Shown one piece after another: positions 1 to 12,419 of a stretch of DNA of 53,614 bases. Numbering within the stretch: the stretch's first letter is position 1; each line of letters opens with the position of its first letter. The notes under the pieces were generated by a model. It was not told where the DNA came from. It did not search any database and was given only the letters and a program-made list of their open reading frames with translations. Source of the stretch: Hemiscyllium ocellatum (taxonomy: Eukaryota); the NCBI RefSeq assembly GCF_020745735.1, contig NC_083409.1:12343423-12397036 (forward strand). Direction: 5' to 3'. The position numbers were made by a program, and so were the translations under genes.

Positions 1-93
1 CAATGGAGATATTCATTGTGAATGAAGGTAGTAAACAGCTAGCACTGACATGAGGGACTGAACAGCCTCCTCCTGTACTGGAACCTTCTCTGT
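1..93 (-). repeat. Short dispersed repeat, inverted homolog of 13626-13710 (family unknown)
   Basis: Reverse complement of 1-93 (acagagaaggttccagtacaggaggaggctg...tgtcagtgctagctgtttactaccttcattcacaatgaatatctc) aligns with 13626-13710 (acagggaaggctccagcacagctggaggctg...tgtcagtgctcgctgtttactaacttcatgcacaatgaacatctc). Confidence 0.7.
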
Positions 94-639
94 CACCTTG
101 ACTGAAGCATTCAGATAGGAACAGGAGCTGGGCTGCAGCTTCAACAATGAGTTCAATGTGGACAGATGGAGTGTCATTAATGGGGAATACAGTGTACATT
201 GTGTCCAGGAGCCTCTCGAATCGATGCCTTTCTCTTTCTCCCTTTTCAGCTCCAGGGCTGGCATGAAGGAGCTGAAAGAATCTTTGGTGAAGAAGTTTCT
301 GGAATGTAAGGGCTATGTGAAGGGTTTCAAACATGACTAATGATTGCAGCTCCTTGTTCAGTCTTCTCCCTCACCACTGATCTCGCCATGTAACCTCCTG
401 TCACACTGAGTGACATTGCAATCAATATCATAGTGCCGGTGCCAGCAAACAACAGCACCACAGTCTGACCCACAGGGACAGGCATCACTGTCTGACATCA
501 AAGAATGGAGCCTGAATCCCCTCCTCCCATGCTCATAAACCCTACAGCATTGAAAATATACTGACACCCAGCCCCTTCGATTAAACATTGACCCACAGAG
601 AACTCCTTCAGAGGTTGAAGTCAGCATCGACACTGAGAG

Positions 640-702
640 AGGAGAGGGAGAGATGGGGTGAGGCAAAGACAAAGAGAAGGAAGGGGAAAGAGAGAGAGCA
701 AA

Positions 703-736
<34 letters not shown>

Positions 737-743
737 GGAGAGA

Positions 744-780
<37 letters not shown>
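640..780. repeat. GA-rich low-complexity tract ending in an (AG)n microsatellite
   Basis: Purine-rich tract with pure (ag)n at about 749-779; explains the SLSLSL/RERERE ORFs. Confidence 0.95.
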
Positions 781-782
<2 letters not shown>

Positions 783-1149
783 CTCCTCCCTCCCTTCCTC
801 CCAGACAATGCTCTGTCTGACTGGATTCTCATTGTTGCATTTTCCCAATTCTGGAGGAGACTCCACCTTCAGATCCAAAATTCCAGCACATTCTTAATTC
901 CTTTATTCAGATATGGCGAATAATGATGGATATTTGGAGTGTGAGTTTGAAGAAGTAAATGTGGACCATTGCAGCAAAGACATTCCCGATGGTTTGTACG
1001 ACAGCAAAGCCCAAACCACAGCATTGTGTCAATCGACACAAAACTCATGAAAGCTTCAATAAAAATGGTTATTAATGTGATTCTCAGAGATATATCATTA
1101 TTCTAGTTACAAATGACTCTTTCCCAGTGAAGGGGTCCATCCTGCTGAA

Positions 1150-2910
1150 TATTAGATACAGCTGGGCTTTGGAGAAATATTGGGCAGATAGAGTAGAATG
1201 TGGGAGACATGAATCACAAAGTTAGTACACAGCTACAGCAAGTGAATCCGGAGGCAGATGGAGTGTTGGTGCTCCTTGTAAAGGGAATGCAATCTAAAAG
1301 CAGGGACGTTTACTGCAGCTGTACAGGGGTTAAGGTTAGGAGCTTAGTGTGAGCACATCTGAAGTATGGTGTCCAGCATCAGGCTCCTTTTTGAATAAAA
1401 GACAGGAATTGCATTGGATGTAGTTCAGAGATAATTTCCTTGACTGATTCCTGGTATAGAGTGATTGTCTTATGAGCAAAGGTCTAACAGGTTTGGAATC
1501 TGATCCCTGGAGTTTAGAAGAATGAGAGGTAATCACATTGAAATGTATAGAATTCTTAAGGGGCTTGACAGGGGAAATACTGGATGTTTCTCTTCATGGG
1601 AGAATAAGGGCAACACAGAAAACCACTGAATAACCAGTAGGACAGTATCCAGAACATAAGATGACCAGAAAGCTGAACTGTATCTATTTTAATGTAAGGC
1701 ACTTGACTAGTAAGGCGGTTGAACTGAGAGCATTGAGCAGCATGTGGGAATATCACATTGTTGCAATTGCTGAGACATGATTGAAGAAAGATAGGACTGG
1801 CAGCTCAACATTCCAGGGTAGAGAAGTCTCAGGTGGGATAGAGGGAATGCAGGACAGGTGGGTGTATTGCATTATTGATAAAGGACACCATCACTGCGGG
1901 AGTGAAGGTGTACTTCTGGGAAAGCTCTTCAAAGGAGGCCATCTGGGTAGAGCTTGATATAAAAAAAGGACAATCACTTTGCTGGGATTATACTACAGGC
2001 CGCCCAATCGTCAGATGGAGAGAGAGGAGCAGATAAGTTGGCAAACCACAGAGAGGTGTGAGAGGAATAGAGTTATATTATTGGGGAATTTCAACTTCTC
2101 TAACATGAACTGGGATTGTCTTTGTGTGAATGATGGAATGTTTAAAGTCCATCCAGGAGAGCTTTTGGTGCCAGTACATAGATAGTCCCTCTAAACATGG
2201 ACAGTGCTGGGCTCAATCCTAGGTAATGAAGCCGATCAAATGGTTGGAGAGTCAGTGGGTGAGCATTTTGGAGATAGTGAACATAACTCCATATGTTTCA
2301 TCGTTATGATGGAAAGGAATAAGGGTAGTGCAGAACTTAAATGTCTAAAGTGAGGCAAGGTCATTTTCAAAGTCATTTGACAGGATCTGGCAAATATAGA
2401 CTGGGAGCAGCTACTTGCAGGTCGGTCGACATTTGGAAAGTGGGAATCTTTTTAATGTAGGAGAGTGAGAATTCAGGGTCAGCTCAGAAAGAAAGGCAAG
2501 GGCAGCAACTCCTGGGATCCTGGATGTCAAGGAATACGGATAGTTTGGGGAAGGAAAAGAAGGAATGCTTTGTCAGCGACAGAGCATCAAAAACAAGGGA
2601 GGCCCTTCAGGAGGAGAGAAAGTTTGGGGAGGTACTTAAAAAATAGGAGAGCAAAGAGGAGCCATAAAATATCTTTGGCAGCCTGATCCCCTCACCCCAG
2701 AATACTTAGGAAAATGGCACTAGAAAGAATAGCTGCACTCATGGTCATCTTTAAAAATTGTAGACTCTGGAGCTGTTCCTATGGATTGGAGGGTGGCTAA
2801 CATAACCCCACTATTTAAGAAGGGAGACAGAGAGAAAGCAATGTTTTTTGTAGACCGGTTAGCTTGACCTTAGTCGTGGGAGAAATACTGGAGTCCATTA
2901 TAAAAGATAT
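1150..2910 (+). mobile_element. CR1-type LINE fragments: 3' RT part, then APE endonuclease and early RT, degenerate
   Basis: Broken frames with LNCIYFNVR, YYRPP, LLGNFNFSNMNW, EHFGDS and WRVANITPLFKKG motifs. Confidence 0.85.
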
Positions 2911-3171
2911 GCAGTAAATTTTGTTGTAACCTGCACCTTATGAACCGGCACTCTTGAGAAACTGGCAAAATTTATATTCCTCAAATGCCACAAGGATTAA
3001 TATATCATTCTTTACAATTATTATAGTTGAAAAAAAAACTAGTTTCATAGTTATTATGGAACGAGATAAGGGTAGTGCAGAAGTTGTGTCTAAATCGTCA
3101 GGAACAAGAAAGAAAGAGTCATTAAGCTGAACAAGAAAGTTTATACTAAAGATGCCTAAGTTAAGTACATT

Positions 3172-3500
3172 TAGATTAGATTAGATTTAGATTAGATTAG
3201 ATTTACAGTGTGGAAACAGGCCCTTCGGCCCAACAAGTCCACACCGACCCGCCAAAGCGAAACCCACCCATACCCCTACATTTACCCCTTACCTAACACT
3301 ATGGGCAATTTAGCATGGTCAATTCACCTGACCCGCACATCTTTGGACTGTGGGAGGAAACCGGAGCACCCGGAGGAAACCCACGCTGACACGGGGAGAA
3401 CGTGCAAACTCCACACAGTCAGTCGCCTGAGTCGGGAATTGAACCCGGGTCTCCGGCGCTGTGAGGCAGCAGTACTAACCACTGTGCCACCGTGCCGCCC
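3172..3500 (-). mobile_element. tRNA-derived V-SINE (HE1-like), full length, with (ttaga)n tail
   Basis: On the minus strand: box A ggtggcacagtggttag, box B gggttcaattcc, V-core, and a CR1-like 3' tail. Confidence 0.9.
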
Positions 3501-3867
3501 TACATAGGTCACATACTGAGAGAAAACGGATTTGCCTGGATTCTGGAAAGGTAGGAGTGGTAGCATTGAAGTGGTGACTGACAGATGTGAAAACAATGTA
3601 AGGATTTGTTGGATTCATCAAATACAAAGTGCCAATTTCTAACTAGAGTGACAATCACGATGCTAGCCAATTATTATCATCCCAGCTGCTGGTATTATTG
3701 GACAACACAGATCTCAGGCTGAAACACAACCAGAAACTGCTAAAGAAATGCAGTTGGTCTGCAGCATCTGTGGAGCATAAGCACATTTAGAGTAAGATTT
3801 AGATTTAGTAATAAGACCTCCTTACACAAAAGAAATGAAGATAAAACGTACTGACAGAAAGTATGTG

Positions 3868-4184
3868 GGGTGGCATGGTGGCTCAGTGGTTAGCACTGTT
3901 GCCTCACAACACCAGAATCCCAGGTTCCATTCCAGCCTTGGGTGACTGTCTGTGTGGTGTTTGCACATTCTCCCATGTCTGTGTTGGTTTCCTCTGGGTG
4001 CTCAGGTTTCCTCCCACAGCCCAAACATGTGCAGGTTAGGTGGATTGGCCACGCTAAACTGCCCATAGTGCTGTGTGCATTAGTCAGGATGAAATGGGTC
4101 TGGGTGGATTATTCTTTGGAGGGTCGGTGGGGACTGGTTTGGACAAAGGGCCTGTTTCTACACTGTAGGGAATCTAATCTAATC
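3868..4184 (+). mobile_element. tRNA-derived V-SINE (HE1-like)
   Basis: gggtggcatggtggctcagtggttagcactg...caggttccattcc...tail ggaatctaatctaatc. Confidence 0.9.
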
Positions 4185-4374
4185 AAAAGCACAAATTCAA
4201 AAGATTCCAAAACACACAGCGAAATAAAATCCTTCCGTTTCGAATATCATTGCTTTATAATACTCAAGTAACAGGGAGAAGGGGTTCATTTCTCTATTGC
4301 ATCTTAAGGTTTAACTGAACTGTATTTTTCAATTAATTGTCTTAAAGTTTGATTGCCTTTTCCTTGATTAATAA

Positions 4375-4995
4375 TTCACTGGCCACAGGTGAAGTGCCAG
4401 ACTGGAGGATTGTCAATGTGGTTCCTTTGTTCAAGAAGGGCAACAGGGATAGGCCAGGCAATTAAAGACCAGTTAGTGTGAGGGAAATTATTAGACAAAA
4501 ATCCTGAAGTACAGGATAAAGCAATACTTGGAGAGGTAGGGATGCCAGTATTGATTTGTTTGACCAAGGTCCCATATGGAAGGCAGTCCAGATGGTCAGA
4601 GCCCATGGGACCCAAGGCAAGTTGGCAAATTGGATCCAAAAGGGGCTTCCAAATATGAGCTGAAAAATGTGTTGCTGGAAAAGCGCAGCAGGTCAGGCAG
4701 CATCGAAGGAGCAGGAGAATCGACGTCTCAGGCATAAGCGTTTGATGTTGCCTGACCTGCTGCGCATTTCCAGCAACACATTTTTCAGCTGTGATCTCCA
4801 GCATCGGCAGTCCTCACTTTCTCCTTCCAAATCTGAGGCAAAGAGTGATGGTAGAGGGCTGTCTTTGTGATTGGAAGCCTGTGACCAGTGGTGTATGACA
4901 GGGATTAGGGTTGTGACATTTTCGATTTGTAATGGATTCACTGTGATTGTTTAGTTAGAAAGTTTTCAGATGCCACATAAATTGGTGGTATTGTT
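4375..4995 (+). mobile_element. CR1 RT fragment interrupted by a Penelope-derived insertion
   Basis: DWRIVNVVPLFKKG and ANWIQ...RQRVMVEG motifs. Confidence 0.8.
4655..4823. mobile_element. Penelope-like (PLE) pLTR-derived fold-back insertion
   Basis: Inverted arms 4658-4707 and 4741-4790 (47/50 identical); 9-bp direct repeat cttccaaat at 4646-4654 and 4824-4832; same tail sequence as the PLEs at 16255-16405 and 44083-45058. Confidence 0.8.
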
Positions 4996-5421
4996 AATAT
5001 TGATTTGATTTTTATTTTATTGTCACGTGGACTCAAGTACAAACATATAGGAATACAGTGAAGTGTATGTAATGTCACCTTGCAACATGCCACCTTTGGT
5101 ACAAGGACCAAAGCACAGATTCTTAAGAAAAAGGTAGAAAGAAATATTAAAGTTAAAAGTTACATGTTACAGACCCTTTCAGTTTTAAATAGAAAATAAA
5201 GAAATAAATCTGGAAATTCAATCATTAGTCTTCCTTGAAGCGCTCAGCTGCCATGGTATCATATTTTGAGTCATCGTCTCCTGACCAAAAGTCTACACTG
5301 AGGCTGTGTGGGCCAAGAGACCATCATTATACAGCAAGAGACCACCTGGTGGACTGAGAGACAACCATGCTGAGCCACTGACAGATCGCCACGTTAGGTC
5401 AAGAAGCCAAAATGCTGGGCC

Positions 5422-5610
5422 GAGATGTTACCAGATCGAACTGAGAGGCCACCATGTTAGACCGAGAGGCCTCCACATCGAACTGAGAGGGCACTACATC
5501 AAACCGAGAGACCACCATGTTGAACCAAGAGTCTGCCTCACCAGGCTGGGATGTCTCCCTACCAGGCCAGGGCACTGCCACATCAAGCCCAGAGACCATC
5601 TCACTGAGTC
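5422..5610 (+). repeat. Degenerate 21-bp-period minisatellite, 9 units
   Basis: Units start at 5422, 5443, 5464, 5485, 5506, 5527, 5548, 5569 and 5590 (e.g. gagaggccaccatgttagacc, gagaggcctccacatcgaact). Confidence 0.8.
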
Positions 5611-5814
5611 TGCACTGGTCGGAGGCCTGGTGTCTGAGGCTGGGAGTCCATGGCAGGAAGAGGAAATAAGCGAGAAGGACAAAAGAAAAGGAAAAAAAAA
5701 GGTGGAATAGAAAGAAGAAAAGGAAACAGATGGAGCAGATGAACTCGGTCTGAAGAGTCCTACTCTGCTGCCATCTTGGATTACCGGGTCTCAGGCTACA
5801 GTCTGATATTGGTC

Positions 5815-7362
5815 AGCTGGTAAAATGGGCAGAGCAATGACAGATGGAATTTAATCCTGATCCATGTGAGGTGATCCAGTTTGGGAGGTCAAATGAGGGA
5901 AGGATATACACAATAAAAGATATGTGCCTTGGGTGTCCTTGTGCATGAATCATGGAGAGTTGGTCGACAGGTACAACAAGCAATTCAGAAGGCAAATGGA
6001 ATTTTGCCCTTCCTTGCTACAGCGATTGAGTTTAAAAAGCAGGGAGGTTATGTTGCAGCTGTACAGGATGCTGGTGAGGCTCCACCTGGCGTACTGCATG
6101 CAGTTGTTCTCCTTAGTTGAGGAAGGATGTACTGGCATTAGAAGGTATACAGAGAAGGTTCGCCGGGTTGCTTCCGGAGTTGAGGGGGTTGGCTTATGAG
6201 AGCAAACTGAGTATACTGGGATATATTCATTGGAACTTAGAAGAATGAGGGGGGTGGGGGATCTTATAGAAACATATAAAATTATGAAGAGAATAGATAA
6301 GGCAGAGTAGAGAGGATGTTTCCACTGGCAGGTGAAACTAACCAAAAGGGCATAGCCTCAAAATTAGGGGGAGCAGATTTAGGACGGAATTGAGAAGGAA
6401 CTTCTTCACCCAGAAGGTCGTAAATCTTTAAAATTCCTTGCCTCATGAAGATATTTATGCCACTTCAGGAAATGTTTTAAAGCTAAGACAGGTATTTTTT
6501 TTAACAATAAAGGAATTAAGAGATACGGTGAGAGCGCGGTTAAATGGAGCTGAGTCTATGAATAGATCAGCCATGATGTTTTTGAATGTTGGAGCAGGCT
6601 CAAAGGGTCACATGGCCTACTCCTGCTTCTAGTTCTTATGTTCCTTGGAAATGCTGAGGAACAAAGGGACCTTGATGTACATGTCCATCAATCCTGGAAG
6701 GTATCAGCACAGATAGACAGGGTGGTGAAGAAGGGATACGGGATGCTTGCCATCATTAGCCAGGGTTTAGAATATAGGAGCAAGGAAGTCTTGTTGTTAC
6801 TTTACAGAGCATTGTTTAGGCCATATCTGGAATACTGTGAACAGTTCTGGTCATGACACTGTCGGAAGGACATGATTGGATTGGAGAGGCTGTCAAGGAG
6901 ATTCACCAGGATGTTGCTTCAGATGGAATGTGTTAGTTATGAGGAGAGACAGGATAAACTGGGTTTGTTTTCTTTGGAGTAGAGGAAGCAAGCGGGAGTC
7001 TGACTGAGGGATACAAAAATATGAAAGGCACAGACAAAGTCAATCGTGATAATCTTTTCCCCATGGTAGACATGTCTAAGACCAAAGGAAGTAGCTTACC
7101 ATGATGAAAAAGTGGTTTCGGGGGGTTTGAGGATTTTTTTTCCCCAGAGGGTGGTAGAAATATGGCATGTGCTGCCTGAGAAGGTGGTGGAGGCAGCTCC
7201 TCTCACAACATCTAAGAAACATCCAGATGAACACAAAAAATGCCAGGGCATGGAAGGCTATGGACCAAGTGCAGGTAAATGGGATTAGTGCAGTTTGGTG
7301 TTTACTGATTGGCATCGACATGGTGGGCAGAAGGGCTTGTTTGTTTGCTGTATGACTCTATG
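5815..7362 (+). mobile_element. Two adjacent 5'-truncated CR1 LINE 3' ends (about 5815-6630 and 6640-7362)
   Basis: LQLYRMLVRLHLAYC and LYRALFRPYLEYCEQFWS motifs; CR1 3' UTR with ctgtatgactctatga tail. Confidence 0.85.
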
Positions 7363-8167
7363 ATTGTGAAGAGAAGGAGGTGGAGGCATTTTTCATGTCT
7401 TTTGAGAAGATATTAAAACAAGTGAGGTGAGGGAAAAAAAATGGAGCTTGCCCATGCAAAATGAACTTGGGAAGCACAAGAAGTTTCTATATCCCTGCCA
7501 GAGGAACATTCTCAGGATCATGAGGAAGTGAAAAGATGAAAAGCACATATGCATTGATCCCAGAAACATACAGACAGATGTTTCAAAACTTACAGTAACA
7601 GCCTCCACAAACTTCTACTGAGTTTGAGAGAGTTCAGCAAAATAATGTTGACAGGTGGTAGAAATATGGAATGTGCTGCCTGAGAAGGTGGTGGAGGCAG
7701 CTCCTCTCACAACATTTAAGACATATCCAGACAAGCATATAAAACGCCAGGGCATGGAAGGCTATGGACCAAGTGCAGGCAAATGCGGGTGATTAGTGCA
7801 GTTTGATGTTTACTGATCAGCATTGACATGGTGGGCAGAGGAGCCTGTTTGTTTGTTGTATGACTCTATGTCTATGACGAGAAGGATGTGGAAGCATTTT
7901 CATGTCTTTTGAGAAGATAGCAACACATGCAAGACAGGAAGATTTAGGTTGGACCTTGCCCATGCAAACATGAACTTGGGAATCAACAAAGGGTTTCAAC
8001 ATCCCTGTCAGAGGAACGTTCTCGGGATCATGAGGAGGTGTAAACAGCTGTTCTATGCACATATGAGTTGGTCTCAGAAACATACAGACAGATGTTTCAG
8101 AACTTGCAGAAACAGCCTCCACAAACTTCTACTGAATTTGAGAGAGTTCAACAAAATAATGTTGGCA
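7150..8167 (+). repeat. Head-to-tail tandem duplication of a ~505-515 bp unit (CR1 tail plus Gypsy gag piece)
   Basis: Copy A 7150-7653 and copy B 7654-8167 both begin ggtggtagaaatatgg and end aaaataatgttg(a/g)ca. Confidence 0.9.
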
Positions 8168-9385
8168 GGTGGATAAGAGCATTAAAGGCTCAGAATAATT
8201 ACAATACTCTCAGAGAAATTATTCTTTAAGAAGAATTTAAAACTTCATTCCCTTATAGAATCAGAATTCATGTGGAAGACCAATGGGGAATGACAGTAAG
8301 ACAAGCAGCTAGAATGGCTAATGATTATAAACTTTGTTAAAACCAAAACCCTGCAGAGTAGTGAGTGTAATAGAGGAGGGGATGAGAAAATGCTTGAGAT
8401 CGAAAAATAATCGGACAATTCCCAAAGTGAACTCTTTGTTTTTAGGCAAACAAATTCAGAGATATTAGAAAATTCAGACACTGTACTTTTGTAATTGGGA
8501 AAGAACAACAGGTAGATTTCATGAGGTTGGTTAGAAAATACAAACATGTTTGTGTGAGGAATCGTTGAGGACTTTGGTTCTGTACTTGATGGAGTTAGAA
8601 GGATGAGAGGGAATGTCATTGAAACTTAAAGAATACAGAGAGGCCTGGATAGAGTGGACATGGAGGAGATGTTTCCAATAATAGGAGAGTTTGAAAACCC
8701 GAGGGAACAGCCTCAGAGTGAAGAGGCAACCTTATGAACTGAGTTCTGGAGGCCAAGTCATTGAGTGTATTTGAGATAAATTGGCTCTTGATTAGTCAAA
8801 GAATGAAGATGTATAGGGAGAAGGTGAGAGAATAGGATTTAAAAACATTATCAACTGTAAATAAAAGGTGGACCAGACGTGATGGGCCAAATGGCCCAAT
8901 TATGCTCCTTTATCTTATGGACTTGTATTTATATACTTGGATGTACCACATGAATCAAATATGACATGGATTTGGTAATTCAAACACAATGAAACAAACA
9001 CCAACATAAACCAGCCAATGTAACAGAGGGCTTCCATGTTGGAAAATCAGTTGATTGAACCAAGTCAGAGTAATTGGAGTTCTCCTGTAGCATTGGTTCC
9101 TGAACCAAACTGTTCAATTTGATTCATTGTCGACTCTAGGAAAGTGAATATAGTCACAAAACCAGATTCATCCCCCATTCCCAAATGAGAAGATTACATA
9201 GATAGGGTTGGTAGTCTGTCATTCTTATCTAAAATTGGTTTGTTGAATGAATATTGACAAGTACTCGCTGACAACTAGAACTAAGTGAGTTTCTGTATTT
9301 GTCACACCTAATAGATTATAACTAATGGTGAGTTTTGCTATTTGGACTTAAGAACGCTTCAATCACGTTCGAATAATTACTCTGA
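7365..9385 (+). mobile_element. Ty3/Gypsy LTR-retrotransposon relic (SCAN-like gag and RT start), pseudogenised; CR1 fragment inserted at about 8575-8925
   Basis: EKEVEAFFMSFEKI, WIRALK...LREIILLEEFKTS (gag); NWSSPVALVPEP...VDSRKVNIVTKPDSSPIP..EDYIDRVG (RT). Confidence 0.75.
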
Positions 9386-9989
9386 ATGTGAACAAGGTCA
9401 CACTCTCCCACCTTAGATTCCAACTGCCCAAAGTTTCTCCAACGCCCAGCTGTAATTAATATTCAGTAGGATGGATCTTTACATTTGTAACTAGAATAAT
9501 GACACATCTCTGAGAATCACATTAATAACGGTTTCTATTGAAGCTTTCATGAGTTCTGTGTTGATTGACACAATGCTCTGGTTTGGGCTGTCTGTACAAA
9601 CCATCTGTAATGTCTTTGCTGCAATGGTTCACAGTTACATCATCAAATTCACACCCCAAATATCCCGTCATTATTCTCTGTGGGATTCACTGGAATTGGC
9701 TCAGATCAGACTCCCAGCAGCTCAAATGGAGGGAGAGATGGAGCTCAGAGAGACAGAGAGAGACAGAGAGTGAGAGCGAGAGATGGAGCACTGAGAGAGA
9801 GGGGTTGAAGCTTGGGGAAGAGGGATGAAACTCAGAGTGAGATCTATGCAACTGAGGTGGGGTGGTAGGGAGAGAGAGAGCGAAAGAGAGAGATGGAGAT
9901 CAAGGAGCTGTTTATCAAAAATATATTATACCCTGTTAAAGACTGCGCTGGATGAATGCTGTATGACTCTATGACTCTATTGATGCTAT

Positions 9990-12070
9990 CTACAATGCTG
10001 CCAAACTTTGTGTCATGAGCAAACTGAAATATCTAATTTTCTATGTCATTATCCAAGTCATTAATAGATAATGTAACTAATTGAGGTGTGCGCACACATT
10101 CCTATTGGACACCACTGGGTCACTTCCTGCCAATTTCAGCACTTACCCATTATCCCTACTGTCAGTCACCTGTCACTCAACAATTTCCAAGTGTGTCCGT
10201 ATTTTAGCCTCAATTCTGTGGATTTCTACCTGAGCTGACAGGTTGTGACACGGGACTTAATCAAATACCTACTGGAAGTCCCTGTAAACAACAACCATAG
10301 ACATTACTGTGTCCAGGACTTTCGTTTCTTCTTCAAAAATGTTCAATGTGGTTTTTCAGCGTGACCAACTTGTCATGAATCCATCCCGACTCTCCCTGAT
10401 TAGCTGACCATTTTCAAGGTCTTCAGTTACCCCCATCCTTGATTATAGACCCCAACAATTTCCACATCAGAAATGTTGGCTTAGTGCCCTGTAATTCCCT
10501 GGCTTTTTTCTAACATCCTTGTCAAAATTGAAGTGACATTTGCAATTCTCAAACCCAGAGGAACAACTCCTGTAACTAGGGAACTCTAAAAGATTATAGT
10601 CAGACTGTCTACAATGTAGTCTGCTACTACCTTTATCACCCTCAGATGGAAACTGTCAGGTCCTGAGGATTTGTCACTCTTTCATTCCTCAGTACAGATA
10701 TTTTACTGACATTAATTTTATTCAGTCCCTGTCCCTGATCCTCTGTTAATTCCTTTGGGACTTCAGGCAAGTCCTCCTCCTTTTCTACTGAAAATCCTAA
10801 GGTAAAGTATTTATTTAACATGGCTATCATTTCCCCATTGTCACTGACAATATCCCTCACTTTCAGTCTTTAATGCCCAACATTGCTCCTGACCTCCCAG
10901 CTTTCCTTCTATGGAACTGTAACATTTCTTCTTATTGATTTTGGTATCCCTTACATAGAGTCATAGAGCCATAGAGATGTACAGCATGGAAACAGATCCT
11001 TAAGTCCAACCCGTCCATGCCGACCAGATATCCCAACACAATCTAGTCCCACCTGCCAGCACCTGGCCCAGATCCCTCCAAACCTTTCCTATCCGTATAC
11101 CCATCCAGATGCCTCTTAAATGTTTCAATTGTACCAGCCTCCACACTTCCTCTGGCAGGTTTCCTTTCAGAATCCCTTTTGCAAGCTCTTTGAAGCTGCT
11201 TTGTGGCCCTTTGTATCTTTCTCATTCAGCAGAATCTGTCCTTTTTTTGCATTTTTGTTAGCCTTTTTTAAGTTTTGTACTTTCTCTTATCTCTTTAATT
11301 GTCCATTGTTGTTTGTTCTAAGATGTGGAGCTTTTCCCTCTCAGGTATAAACTGGTTTTGTTTTGTTTTGAATGTTTCTTTAAACATTCCCAAGTGTTCT
11401 TCAGTTGTTTTACCCATGAGCAGATTTTCCCAGTTTTCTGTGGACAGTTTCTGTCTCATCTCGTTGAAGTCGGCCCTTACCTTAATCTCAAATTCTAGCA
11501 GCTGATTCATGCTTTTCACTTGCAAATGTGACATTGAACTCGATCATGTTCACTATTTGAAATATGTTCATGCACAAATAGGTTCTAACTAAATCTGGTT
11601 CATTATTCATTACTAATTCCAATATTTCTTGTCCCCTTGTTACATCCATGACCTATTGCTGTTGGAAACTATTCCAGATCCACTCCAGAAATTCATTACC
11701 TTTCTGATAGAGTACTTGTCTCTCTCCCAACCTAAGTTAAAGTTAAACTTTCCCATTAATAATAAACTGGCTTTGCTACAGACTTGCCTAATTCCTGCAT
11801 TAATACAATCCAGCACCTCAGAGCTGCTGCCAGGGGGTCTGCATCCAATATCTATTACAGTTTTAGATCCTTTCCTGCTCCTCAGTTGCACTGAATGTCT
11901 TCCCCTCATTATGACCTCCCTCACCATTGAAGCCATTTTGTTTCTAATCAATGAAGCTGCTCCACCTCTTCTGCCATTTCCCCATATCCATCCTGTGAAC
12001 CTTCTAACCCGATAGATATCGTTCCCAATCTGAATGATTCTGCAACTATGGCTCAGTAATTGATCCAATA
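9990..12070 (-). mobile_element. CR1 LINE ORF2 fragments (APE and RT) with an inserted CR1 3' tail
   Basis: Minus-strand motifs IGCRPP, LLMGKFNF, MLNKYF..FSVEKEED, KVRADFNEMRQKL. Confidence 0.8.
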
Positions 12071-12419
12071 GCATAATCTTAAATTTGAATTCGAGCCCGC
12101 AGATTATTGAATTTATTCCTGACGCTCCGTGGATTCGTATATAGAACTCTTATTTGGTCCATTCACTGAAATCTGTTCCTCAGCACTGATGCTGTCCCAA
12201 CACAACAACAACAACTGGATGGTCACCATCACCACCCCCACTCCAATATCCTTTCAAGCCGGTTCAAGATGCCCCTTACCTTGGCACCAGGTAGACAGCA
12301 CACCATGTGAGACTCTCAGTCCTTCTCACAAAGGATGCTATCAGTCCCACTCATTGTCAAATCCTCCTGTTTGTGCTCCTCTGCCTGAATGGCCTCCTGG
12401 CCCATGGTGCAGTGGTCTT

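Noticed and set aside
588-923. RERERE / SLSLSL ORFs here and near 9549-9828 and 18262-18852
   Set aside because: Translations of GA microsatellites or of the N gap
3868-3940. tRNA-like box A/box B sequences at several sites
   Set aside because: They are SINE heads followed by V-core and LINE-like tails, not tRNA genes
7524-7533. Second GGAAGTGAAA (EICE-like) motif
   Set aside because: Lies in decayed Gypsy gag sequence and is absent from the tandem sister copy; likely chance
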